Of a DNA stretch of 64,000 nt, positions 1 to 12,128 are shown in pieces. Origin of the DNA: Nemertoderma westbladi (Eukaryota; Animalia; Xenacoelomorpha); the NCBI GenBank assembly GCA_032718475.1, contig JAUCBJ010007908.1:31626-95625 (forward strand). The letters are read 5' to 3'. The translations under genes and the position numbers were made by a program. The notes beneath the pieces were generated by a model. That model made no database searches. It was not told where the DNA came from and worked only from the letters and a program-made list of their open reading frames with translations. The first letter of the stretch is position 1; every line of letters begins with the position of its first letter.

Positions 1-1074
1 CGTACTACTGGGTTAGAACGCATACTACCTAATCATTTCGGAGTCTGCATGTCCTGTAGTTTATTTAGGCTTGATAGTAGTCTGTCAGTGTTTGGTCTGC
101 ATTTTGTTTGAGTGGTTTGTACGCGTAGCTTAATATTTATTATTCAGAGTTTATGCGATTATTCGCAACATTCATTCCCCAAGTTTGTTCCTACAATAAT
201 TTGTTATACATACCGCTATAGTTAAATTAACCCCGGTACTACACGGGCTGCTTGGCGTAGGTAAAGACTGGTGATTTTGTGCACCGGTCACTCCAGCAGA
301 TGCCGTGGTTCTTTTAGCTGTTCAAGTATATTTAACTACTGATTATATGTTGTACAAGTACTCGTACCTAATTTAGGGTTTAGTGTACAGTGCTTTCCGA
401 AAGTAATTAGTGTAGGCATTATATTTGTGTTGTAAAGTGGTTGATAGGCACGTTCGATTAGCTCTATTAACTTCTAGGTAGGAACACTCCGTGATACATA
501 ACGTAGTACCTATAGCGATACGGCTATAGGTCGTCAGGCGGTGGTATTTTCCTATCTGGACAACGCAGTGTATTTACTACTACGTATTATTTTCAAATAC
601 CGCAGTACCCTGTCCGTTGTAATAACCAGAATTCTAACCCTTTGTTAGGCTGGTTTGTAGACTTCTTGTAAAATTACCCTAAAAATGTCGTATTTTGTGT
701 TTTTTTTGTAAATTTTTGTGTTTATTTAGAGATTGTAATCTCACCCGAATTGTACGTAATTTGTAGTATTAAGTAACTTAGGTAAATTAGAATTATTTGT
801 TTTAGTGTCCTATAAGTAACACTTCACTGAAAGCGCACTGCTTTGTGTAGTGATTACTCCCCAGAAATAATAACATTTATTTCAAACATTGACTAAACCC
901 ATTAAAACGGGTATATATATATTATAAATCAAATCTAACGATTTATAAATAGTAGGCCTACCATACAACCATTAGGTCTCAATATCAGTTGGATTACTGC
1001 TCAAAAAACGGTAATAAAGTAAGTAAAGTAACCAAGTAACCCTAAAATTCAGAAATTCAATTATTTAAAATAAT

Positions 1075-1330
1075 TGATATACCGGTATTTACGATAGGCC
1101 TATTATCTTTATTTCTATAAATTTAGGCTGAAATTATACCGGTACTTTATAATTAATTCTAGTCCAGAATTATAATTATATACTACAAAACTGTAAGCTG
1201 TATACCGGTATTCCCGATAGGCCTATTATATATTTATATATATTTGTGCTAAAATTATACCGGTATTCTGTGATAAACCTAGTCTGTAATAATAGTTATA
1301 TATACTATAAGCATACCGGTATTCTAATAT
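1075..1330. repeat. ~123-bp imperfect tandem duplication in the BEL leader with recurring TACCGGTA palindromes
   Basis: tataccggtatt..cgataggcctattat occurs at ~1078 and ~1201; TACCGGTA recurs about every 55-65 bp. The same arrangement is at ~25326-25570 in copy 2. Confidence 0.75.
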
Positions 1331-1457
1331 ATTATATATATCACGCTACACTGAGTAGCAGTACCGGTAATTAATTACTAGGCTAGCAGTTAATACTGAG
1401 TTACTAGACTTGCTCAGACTGTAATACAGCAGTAGACATTCAACTGTACACATAAAC

Positions 1458-4400
1458 ATGTCTGATACTAAGCAGAACCTGTCAGACAGTTTATTAGATG
1501 TAACTATCTGCGACTCAGATAGAGGCGTAGAACCATCTAGTCGTAAGTTCAGTTCACCTCCCACTGTGAGGAAGGTCATCCCTCCTGTAGTAATAACAGA
1601 ACCTAGGCTGGTCCAACATCGTAGGTCTATCATAGGCACTCGAGCTCAGGTCAAGCGGGACCAAGAAGCAGCGAACAGCAACAACCCGCGAACCAAGAAC
1701 TTACTTCTCAACGGCCCAACAGCTCCAGTAGTGAGGATACTGTAGAACTGACACCAGAACGCGGAGCAAAGATGATGGATGCGGTTTATTCGGATCCCCT
1801 TCTCATCCTTCCTACAGCCGTACTCACTAGGTTGTTGATTGCAGTGGAAGAACACCAGATCGATTGGGCGAGAAGTCAACGATCAACTAAAGATAATTAT
1901 GCGGGATACACGAGTGAAGAACTGAAGTCTATTGTCGAGTCGCAATGGAACTTCCCCGGACCCGGACTCCCGTTTGATTTATCAGAAGCTGCCTGGGAAG
2001 ACATACACCGGATGGGAGTAGCCAAAGAAACCATAGATCCCGCTGTGTGGAAGAGGTCCGCAGCCGGATACGCACAGGGATTCTTCAGCTCTATGGAGCG
2101 AGTAAAAGGACAACTGTTTCAACAACCACAAGGACCTCAAGAGCAGGGACAACTGCTTTATCAAGTTAGAGAAAGAATTCTACGAATCAGGCTAATATTA
2201 TCGGCCTTTGAGGAGGCTTCTAAACGAAGGCAAGACACGTCGTTGCAAGTTGCCGTAAAGACTTGGTTTCAAAGGGTGAGTCTCCAGGTTCAAGGAACAG
2301 CTCAGTGGAAAGCTCAGCTGGAGGAGCGCTCAACCCATGGAGAATCAACAGACGCTACTTTTTCCCAAGTGGAAAGTGAAGCGACGGTAGAGAAACCGCA
2401 TAAGAGGGATGCCATTGACATCTATCTGTCAGACTATCAACGTTTTTTAGGTGATGACGAGTTGAGGAGAAGGTTAGAGGGACTTAGCCCTAATAGTGAA
2501 GGAACCAAGCTTGTGTTGGATGCCATCGATGTGGAAATGAGGGCTGCGAATCAGGCTAAATTTGATGAACAACTCCGCCTGACACGAGTCCAAGAAGAAC
2601 AAGTAAAGAAAAAACGTATAGAAGACAGAAAGAAAGCAGCAGTAGCAGCTGCCGAAGCGGAAAGGAAAGCAGCCGAAGAGGAAAGTAATGCAGCCGAGAT
2701 GGAAAGAAAAGCGGCAGCGACAGCAGCAGAAGCAAAGGCGGCAGCGGCAGAGGCAAAAGCGGCAGCGACAGCGGCAGAGGCAGAAGCAAAAAGAAAAGCA
2801 GCCGAAATGAAAAGAAAAGCGGAAATGGCAGTGGCAGAAGCTGAATGTAGAGCGGCGGAAGAAATCACCCAATTAGAATTGGAAAACATTCAGGAGAATC
2901 AAGACTGCATAAATAAACAGTTAACAGCTAGTAATATGCAGATGATGAATCGATCTACTCCCAAAAGACAGGGATATACATCATCTGAGGAAGGCGATAC
3001 CACCGATACTGAAGGCAAAGGAAATAGATCTCGTCTAAGCAGACGTAAAAGAACATTCCACCGTCAGAAATTGCCTGATTTGCCTCCAGCTGTTAGAAGG
3101 CAACTAAATAACACCAACTTAGGTAGTACAGAACCCACAGACCAAACAATTAAAATAGAAAGACTCCCTACGATAGTAGATGATCCTGAAATAATTAGGC
3201 CTGTTCTTGAAATCACCCCTTCGGTGATAGACACACCTGTGCTCCCTGAAACTACCTCTAAATTCCCTCTGCATAGCACTAAGCTACCTGTGCCCCGTAG
3301 AACTGCCCAGGAGACAGTTCAGGTCCTGGACCCCGAGCGAAATATTCATGATTTGTCGCCCGTTGTCCCTCGTCCGCCCGCTACAACGTTGGCGACTCCC
3401 GCTTCGGCGGTTGAATGGGAGGACGAGAGACGACGGGGGATGGATCTCCTGCTCGGACAGATGCAGGAGACTGTTCAACAATTCAAAGGCACAGTAAGGG
3501 AAAGTAGGCTAGAGTTGCAAGAAGTGCAGCAAAGTATCGCGCTAGAACGCGATAAATTAGTAAATACACAAAAGGGTATACCACCACCCTCTGTAACAAT
3601 GTGTCAACCTGTTAGGTCTGAAGTATCTCATGCGCAAGGTGTGGAGCCTACACGCATATATACTGCTAGCGAAGTAGAAACTCCTATAGTGAACCCTATT
3701 AAGGGTAATTATAGACCTGTTGATAATGACATTCCCTATAGAACTGATCATAATCCGAGAAATTTATATACCGATAACTCGATATTAAATAACACGATGG
3801 CCCAAGAAAGTTTTACGCGTCAAATGGCTAGAACCGAAGCCCGGCAAGCGGTAAAGGTGGGAGAGATCGTCAAGTTCAATGGAGATGAGATGAAATGGTT
3901 ACCTTTTAATGAATATTACAAAGATAACATACAGAACTCTGTACTATCTAATGGAGAAAAACTTAGATACCTCATCGAGTGCTTGGAAGGATCTCCCAAG
4001 TTAATGGCGTTAAAGTTTATTGGACATCCAGACGGATTAAGACAAGTTTGGGATACACTAAACATCAGGTATGGTAATAGGAATAACATCGCTGTGTATT
4101 TGTATGCAAAGTTGGTAGCGCCCCGAAAGTTTATTAGCAGCGGGATTATCGAGTTTTCCGATGAGATCCAGGAGATCTGCAGACAATTAGATTGGCTAGG
4201 TAAGTCTCATGAGTATCAGAACACTATGGTTATTAGAGCAGTGGCTTCTACTTTACCGAAAGGTGGAGTAGGTACACGCTGGGATAAGAAAGTGTTATAT
4301 ATGATGGAACAACAACGACGAGACCCTACCATGGCTGATCTCATGTCATTCCTAGATGGAGAAGTGAAATTACAGCTCCTGAAACTGTCCAGAGAGAAGA

Positions 4401-7400
4401 CACCGGAAAACAAGGTAAGTGAAAAACCCGTCTCTAGGAGAAAGGTAACACCAGTGTGTTATACAGACGACGGTGAAAGCCAGACTTCTCAAGGAGAAGA
4501 TAGCGGGAAAGACACTGATAGATCTTATTACGTAAATAAAATGCCTAAAGATCAGGTAAGTAAATTCAAGTCTCGAACAAATGACAGGAGAGAACAGGTA
4601 AGAAAAACTCCTCCTACGTCTCCCAAGAGAATTCAGGTGAGAAAGCCCGAAGAAAAGGCAAGTGTACACAATGTGACTCAGATTAAGGTGAGTAACATCA
4701 AACCAAAATGTGCGCTATGTGATGGGACCCATCGCTTGAATATGTGTGATGAATTTCTAAAGAAATCATTAACTGAGAGACGTGAAGTCATGTGGGACAA
4801 GCGGTTGTGTTATAATTGCCTCAGACAAGGACATCAACGGCGAACCTGTTACTCAGACATAAGGTGTGCAAAGTGTGGTGCGAAACATCATATCTTGTTG
4901 CACGCTGAATTCGATCGAAATAGTCCTAATCAGGTAAGTGATTCCGAACTACATGTCCAATTCAGTGATGAAAACGACACTGATCAATCTGAGATGGAAG
5001 GATTCTATACGGACGAGTTCTCCGACGAAAACGAATCTTGTTACATGATAAATACCGCAGTGTATCGAGCACTCACATATGAAAAAGATACAGACAGCGA
5101 CTTCACTCTAACTACTTCTGAGCGACAACCATCGTGGAAAGCACCAACTTCCAATGTAGGAATCCGAGAATTTCCTGTAGTCCAGTTACGGGTCCATGGA
5201 CCTCAGAAGAGCTATATAGTGAACGCCCTCCTGGACTCCGGCAGCACAGGAACATTCATTGATAAAGAACTAGCCAAAGACATCTTCGCTGGACAACCTA
5301 AGTTCCGAACCAAGCTAAATATGTCAGGCATTATGCAAGTTTGGAAATCTACAATAACAGCGGATTATTATGTAGGAGCGTTGTCCACCCCCCAGGACGA
5401 ACTAGGAGAACATAGCATAAGGTCAGTGAAAATGGTGGCTATAAAGAACTTCGCTACTACTCAAGCAGACCTTTATAATTGGGACGAGGATGAGAGCATC
5501 CAACATCTTAACATACCTCGATTCCAGACTGATTATCCTGGAGTGCAAATACTCATCGGCCAAAACGCGCATGAGGCGCTGGAGACATTAGAGAAACGGC
5601 CTGCTCAACCGCAGCCGCTACAGACCTATGCGGTAAGAACTAGAGTAGGTTGGTACTTTACTGGCCCTTCCCGTAGAACACTCAGAGAAAGACTACCGCC
5701 AGAGAGCGTCTGCCAGGTGAGTGAATGGGAAGATGATACTAGTGAGGGAGACGATTTAACTGAGGGAACTCCATACTCCTCAGATAACGACGACATTCAC
5801 CAGCTTTTTGATGAGGAGAATACCATCGATCTCCTTAAGGAAAACAAGGCTTGGCAAAACCAAGTGAACTTATGTCAACTTCTTTATCCATCTGAACGAG
5901 AAGCTTATAACGACGAGTTAAATGACGTCATTGAGCGTCATAATGCCAAGACCCGAGATGAACATGCCGTACGATTCTTTACGCAAGAGGCGGTAGAACC
6001 CAATTCCTACGATAAAGCCTTGTCGGTGGAAGAGGAAAGGGCCAAGCAGATCCAAGAGACAACTACACGTTTCCTCAAAATCAAGGCAGGTATGAAGTCG
6101 GTCTACCTTTCCGCAAGAGAGAACCGAAGTTCATCAATAACAGACCCTTGGCGGAAAAAAGAATCGCGCAACTCCATCGACGCCTTACGGCTAATTCTTC
6201 AGCTAAAGAGATGTATAAAACACAGCTTGAGAAATTTATTAGTAAGGGATACGCGGAGAGAGTACCGGAAGAAACACCTGTGACTGAAAGAACGTATTAC
6301 TTAACTCACCATTACGTTCCTAAACCCGGTAAACCACATGAAGTGAGAGTAGTGTTTGATGGCTCCGCTCTTTACATGGGTCAATCCCTTAACTCTGAAT
6401 TGTTACCCGGACCCAACTTACTTCAATCTTTGTTGGGAATTCTTTTAAGATTGAGACAATATTCGATTGCTTTCGCCTCCGATATAGAAGGCATGTTCTT
6501 ACAAGTCAAGGTGTTAGATAGGGATCGAGATAGTCTACAATTTCTGTGGTGGCCCGAAGGAGACCTCAACCAGAAACCGATGGAGTACTGGATGACCATC
6601 CAGGCATTTGGGATAATCTCAAGCCCTTCCAACGCCTGTTCGGTAGTGCGTACCACTGCAGAGGACAACCGAGAGGCATTCTCTAAGGAAGTGATCGACA
6701 ACATCAAGCGAGACATATACATGGACGACAATCTGAAGTCCCTCCCATCAGTTGAGGAAGACATTGAGGTCGCTAAAGGAACGGTAGAGTGCTTAAAAAG
6801 AGGTGGGTTTCGATTAACGAAATTCACCAGCAACTCCCGTGAGTTTCTGGAGTCGATCCCTGCGGAAGATCGAGGGGCGAAAGATCTAGATTTGATCAAA
6901 GATGATCTGCCAGAAACCAAGACACTCGGCTTGAAATGGGACACAGAGCGAGATATCCTGTTTTTCCAGCTAAAACAGCGAGATAATCCAGTTCGAACCA
7001 AACGGATTTGCTTAAGTATACTGAGCACTTATTTCGATCCATTGGGATTTATTAGCCCAGTTATCTTGATTGCTCGTAGTTTGGTATAACAAATGTGGCT
7101 TGAAAACCACTCATGGGACGATCCACTTAAGGGAGAATTATTGAAGAAGTGGATGAAATGGGAAGATTCTCTGCCGGCTATCGAGGATTTTATAATTTCC
7201 CGTTCATATTTTGGTCATGTTCTCCCTACGTATTCCTATCAACTCCATGTGTTTGGAGACGCCAGCGATATGGGAATAGGTATAGTAGCCTATCTAAGAG
7301 TGGAAACTCCGGATGGAATCAAAGTCGCCTTGGTTACTTCTAAGGCATTAATCAACAACAAGTTGAAAGTTCCTCGAGCGGAGTTAAAAGCGGCTCTATA

Positions 7401-9592
7401 CGCTACAGCCATCGGCCGGAATGTAACCGAACAGATTGACTATCCATTAGAGAAAACTGTCTATTGGACCGACGCTTTACTCGTGTTAGAATATATAACC
7501 AATGAAGTCTGTCAGTTCAGCGTCTTCGTTACCAACAGAGTAGCCATCATACTTAGTCGCACGACGATGGACCAATGGAGACATTGCCCCGGAACGATTA
7601 ATCCAGCAGACATCGCCTCCCGAGGAGCGACTCCAAAGGAATTGGTAAATACTCCCGAATGGTTAGGTGGACCCGACTTTCTCTACAGAGAAGAAGAAGA
7701 ATGGCCTCCCCATCTCACAACAGCAGAGATCAGACAGGCCAAAGGAGCGGAGAAAGTTAAACCCAAAACTCGAGCGAGTAAATCGAAGTTGTTTAAACCT
7801 GCAGTTGATCTATCTGTATTATTTACTTCCGGAGAGGATGCTTTGGATCAGAAACCCACAGCCACGGATAAAGAAGTCTTGGAAATCCGTGACAAGGATT
7901 GGAAATCTGGAATACCAGATATTTCGCAAGGACTCTCACCCCTCTTGCAGAGAGCGATACGTCACTACAGTTCCTGGAATCGGCTCTGTAAAGCCGTCAC
8001 CTATTTAAAACGATGTTTTCATCATCGTTACTCCGGGACAAAGACCAATAGTGATGATGCTCCATCAACATCTGCAAGAGTCCATGTTGTTAAAGATCTT
8101 CCTAAATATAAGATATCCGACAGGTTTCTAAAGGAGAAGATCAGTTACCAGGAGCATGATGAAACCAACAAACAGATGCTGAGACTCCTACAATGCTATG
8201 AGGATCCCGATAAGTATTTCCTGTTGTTAAGAAATCCGCAGATGCGCTTAAGGGATCCTAGTACCATGATAGATGGGTTAATACGTGTTGGAGGCAGGCT
8301 CACCAACGCCCCCTTATCCTTTGACACTAAGTTTCCCATACTCATTAGAAATCTTGACATACAAATCAAGATGATTGTAGATGTTCATAGCAAACTGTAT
8401 CATGCTGGAAGAGAACGAGTTCTGAGCGAAATTCGAACTCGCTACTATTTTTATAAACCCCGTAGGGCTCTGAACCAAGTTCTTAGGAACTGTATACCCT
8501 GTAGGAAAGCATTCAGTAGGCCTTTGACACAGCGAGAGGCAGAATTACCTAGGGAAAGAGTAAGCTTCTATGAACCACCCTTTACTAATACCGGTGTGGA
8601 TTTATTTGGCCCTCTTGAAGTATATCGTGCCCGGACTATAGTCAAGAGATGGTGTGTCATCTTCGTTTGTATGACTTGTAGAGCTATCCATCTCGATATG
8701 GTAAACGATCTATCCACCAACAGCTTCGTGTTGAGTTTACGACGACAGATCGCTCGCTTCGGAACCAGTAACGCGATGAGATCGGATAAGGGAACGAACT
8801 TCATTGGCGCCAACAACGAAATTCAAGCTTACGTAAAGGACTGGAACAAAAGACAGGTGGACGATCAGCTAAAGATAACAGCGTCTAGCTGGACCTTCAA
8901 CGCCGGGAGGAAAGTGGGGAGGAAGTTGGGAGAGATTGATTAGGAGCGTGAAGACTGCGTTCCACTTTATTGTGCCTTGTCGCGCTTATCTCACCGACGA
9001 ACTATTGCGGACGTTAATGGAGGAAATCGCCGCCTATCTCAACGAAAGACCGCTTATGCCAGTCTCTTCAAGTCCTGATTCCCTGGAAGTGCTAACACCC
9101 GCGCACTTTCTACTGAAGAAACCCGTAGCCATGCTCCCACGATCGGAGATCACAGACGGAGACGAGTACTGCCGTCGAACCTGGCAACTTATGCAGTTGC
9201 TATCCCGTCGTTTCGCTGACCATTTCGAGAAACATTACCTGCCCACTCTACAACTTCGAACTAAGTGGTTTGCGCAGCAAGAAAACGTCAGCGCTGGAGA
9301 CATGGTGCTTATTGTGGACCCCGATCTTCCACGTAAGCGATGGCAAACAGGACGTATCATCGAGACTCATATCTCGAGTGATGGTTTGGTGCGATCAGTA
9401 GAACTCGTCGTCATGCGGCGTAACTTTAAGAAACCAGGGATAGTCTTTGAGACTCAACAGCTCAATCGCCCAGTGGGTCGTTTATGTTTACTGGAAAGAG
9501 ACAGAGAGCTCTCCGGAAACTATGGAAGGCAAGAAACTCTTCCCACGACCACTTCCCTAATCCAACCGACATCTAGGGACTCCCCAACTTAA
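1458..9592 (+). pseudogene. BEL/Pao gag-pol polyprotein (Gag, protease, RT, RNase H, integrase), disrupted
   Basis: BEL triple zinc knuckle (CALCDGTHRLNMC, CYNCLRQGHQRRTC, CAKCGAKHHILLH), protease LLDSGS, RT YMDD, RNase H HVFGDAS and YWTD, integrase GVDLFGP/SDKGTNF/WERLIRSVK. Lesions: frameshifts near 1672, ~6075 and ~8905, and CAA>TAA at 7087. Confidence 0.93.
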
Positions 9593-10140
9593 TATCGTTC
9601 GGAGTGGGCGTGTGACTCTATTATTTTATATTATTTTATTATTTTTATATTTCTGTATGTATTACTATGTAATTTTATTATAATCGTTTTATTTAATTTA
9701 GTAGAATATTATTTAGCGATTATTTAGTAGAATAGTGCAATATGTTCATGTTATTGCGTACGTAATTACTTATATTATATTTAGTGTGACGGTGAGAAAC
9801 AAGTGTTTTTCTCTTTCCTTACTGTCCTGTCCGTATTATATTATAAATACATAACTACAGTCAGATGACATGTCCGTACTTATTAAAGTACAATAAAGCC
9901 ACTACTATATTTAAGTATTATTGGTAGGCAGAGTATTAGGAATGCAAAGTTCAGATCCTCGTGTCTCGGCTAAACCAAGCTCTGGGTAGACCTTGGAAAC
10001 GACTTGCCTCTTCACACTGACATTGCTTCGTGCGATATTGCTCTCATACCGTATATTAAATAATACATATAGTAGCGTGATGTCCCTTTAACAGTAGCGT
10101 ATAACGCAAAATAAATCTGTTAAACCCTTTGACCATCTGT

Positions 10141-10480
10141 AATTCTAGTCGATTAAGATATCGCGGCACCCACCGATATACTTGAAAGACAAATTCTAGA
10201 ATCAGTGGTTAACGTCCCCAGACAAGTTCTGGAATAAATCGGTGCCCATCTCAAATATTAATTATTTAATATTTGCAAATCTAATAAATCAAAATCTGTA
10301 AAATTCAGATCCTTCAACAATTCTAGTCAATTAAGATATCGTAGCATTTACCGATATTCTTAAAAAGACAATTGTCATAGAATTAAGGATCTTGTGTCCC
10401 CAGACATGTTCTAGAATCAAAATATGTCCATTTAATTATCAAATAATAAAATTTCAGGGAATAAATTTAAATTCATGCCT
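10141..10480. repeat. ~178-bp diverged tandem duplication in the BEL pol-to-ORF3 spacer
   Basis: aattctagtcRattaagatatcg...gtccccagaca at 10141 and 10319; also at ~34034 and ~34212. Confidence 0.75.
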
Positions 10481-11038
10481 TTTAATGAATTTAATAAATT
10501 GCCATTTTTACGCAATTTATAACATTCCCAAAATTCCATTAATTAATAGATCAAGGGAGCGGAGATTTATCTTATTATGCATATGAGTGTGCGAAAGTCT
10601 CCCAAACATAGTCAATAGCCGATAAAATTCATAAAGTCATGTATAAAACAGAACATTGACTATTAAAGAATACTATTAAATAACATCCCAGATCTGTATG
10701 CATTGGAATTACCCTAATTCTACCGCTAGCTTTGCATAATGTCACCATAGCAACAACCACGCTAGAATTAGAATTGAGTTAAAAGAACAATAGAAAGCTT
10801 GTCCCATTGAATAGCATAGGGAATAAATAGCGCACTGCTAGTATCCAAGGATACATAATAATACAGTGACATTCTGGAAGGCATTGACTAACGGACAAAT
10901 GGTCCGAATGTGCGTAGTTGTGACCAGTTGTGTGGTATTTGTGAGTTTATAGGTGAATGTTACTGCTAAAGTGTGTTTACAGTATCTAGTCGCAATCGTG
11001 AAAGTAACCTAACTCTCCAAGGAAAACCTGAAGTACAT

Positions 11039-11200
11039 CTAAGCCTTTGGGACGGACAGTTGAGTGACTTGTGCCGGTTATCGTTGTCGTTGTACGGCTA
11101 CGTCGTTGGCGAAAGTACAGCTACAGCGGTACATCGGCGCTGAGAATCTCACACTGTCCGGGGGCAAGGGAGAAGTAGGCAGCGACGCCCGTTCGCCTAA
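11039..11200 (+). other. Conserved structured RNA element, copy a (upstream of BEL ORF3)
   Basis: Nested stems cggacagt/actgtccg and gtgccggt/atcggcgc, a 17-bp inner stem, an apical hairpin and a 3' taggc/gccta hairpin. Homologous to 11771-11929 and 34934-35094 with compensatory changes. Confidence 0.75.
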
Positions 11201-11293
11201 TAAATATATAAACTCATTATAATATTGGTGAACTCGTATAGCAGATATGACTGAATTAATAGAAGATGATCTTGGTATCAGGGAGAGATATAC

Positions 11294-11594
11294 TGTTAGA
11301 TTATGTATTGTTAGGGTTCTAGTAGACCCTGGCTTGGTGGTGGTTAGATCCAACCTACTGGTCTTTTACCTACCGGTCCTCTTCTGGTATTCCGGTATTC
11401 AGTCTTTCCTATCTTCTAGGTCTGTAGGTACAGTAACCGTTACCGGTACCTACTGTACTGCTGTACTGATGTGCTGTAAGGTGGTGGGTGTGTTCGTTGG
11501 TCTGTTGGTTCATATTATTGTTTGATATGCTGTTCTGTATGTCGACCATTAATAAACTGATGCAGCTGGTATTCATTTATTTCCGATCCCAATA
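11294..11594 (+). repeat. Gypsy 5' LTR
   Basis: TGTTAG...CCCAATA, apparently identical to 15785-16085, contains AATAAA. Confidence 0.95.
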
Positions 11595-11605
11595 TGGCGC
11601 AGTGA
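11595..11605 (+). promoter_or_regulatory. Gypsy primer-binding site (probably tRNA-Ser type)
   Basis: TGGCGCAGT directly follows the LTR; TGG is complementary to the tRNA CCA end. The Ser assignment is recalled from tRNA 3' ends and was not checked. Confidence 0.65.
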
Positions 11606-11770
11606 TGTACTTGATGTTCCTACAACCCTATTCAAATGGTGGACATTCCAGCGCATTCAGCAGGTCAGATAATTAAATATTATTCTACCGGTCGCCTCTA
11701 CTGATTCTGATCTAGGCCTAGCTACCTACCTATACTTCTGGTGGTGTACCTACTCCAGTACTCTTCTAAA

Positions 11771-11929
11771 CTAAGCCCTTGGGACGGACAGTGGAGTGGC
11801 TCGCGGTTATCGTTGTCGTTGTGTAGCTACATCGTTGGCGAAAAACACAGCGACGACGGTACATCGGCGCTGAGGACCTTGCACTGTCCGGGGGCCGTGA
11901 GGGGTAGGCAGCGACGCCCGCTAGCCTAA
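11771..11929 (+). other. Conserved structured RNA element, copy b (Gypsy 5' leader)
   Basis: Homologous to 11039-11200; the 17-bp stem tatcgttgtcgttgtgt/acacagcgacgacggta is fully paired including G-U pairs. Confidence 0.75.
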
Positions 11930-12128
11930 TTATAACTACCGGTACCTATTCAATTCACATTCAGCAGTCAGGCGGTATTCCAGTCTGCCAGTATTCGATA
12001 ACTACAGATTTTGGCTGATTTGCATGCAAAAGTTTTGCACATTTTTGCAAAATTTTTTCTTTTCGGATTTTGCAAATTTTTTCGGATATTTAATTTCCTG
12101 AAATTTCTCTAATATTCAACAGTCAGAT

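Noticed and set aside
11090-11150. Hammerhead or HDV ribozyme assignment for the structured motif (CGAAA, CTGAGGA, GGCGAA)
   Set aside because: CUGANGA is not conserved in copy a (CTGAGAA), stem II closure does not fit, and the HDV P1/P1.1 topology could not be built. The motif is left unassigned.
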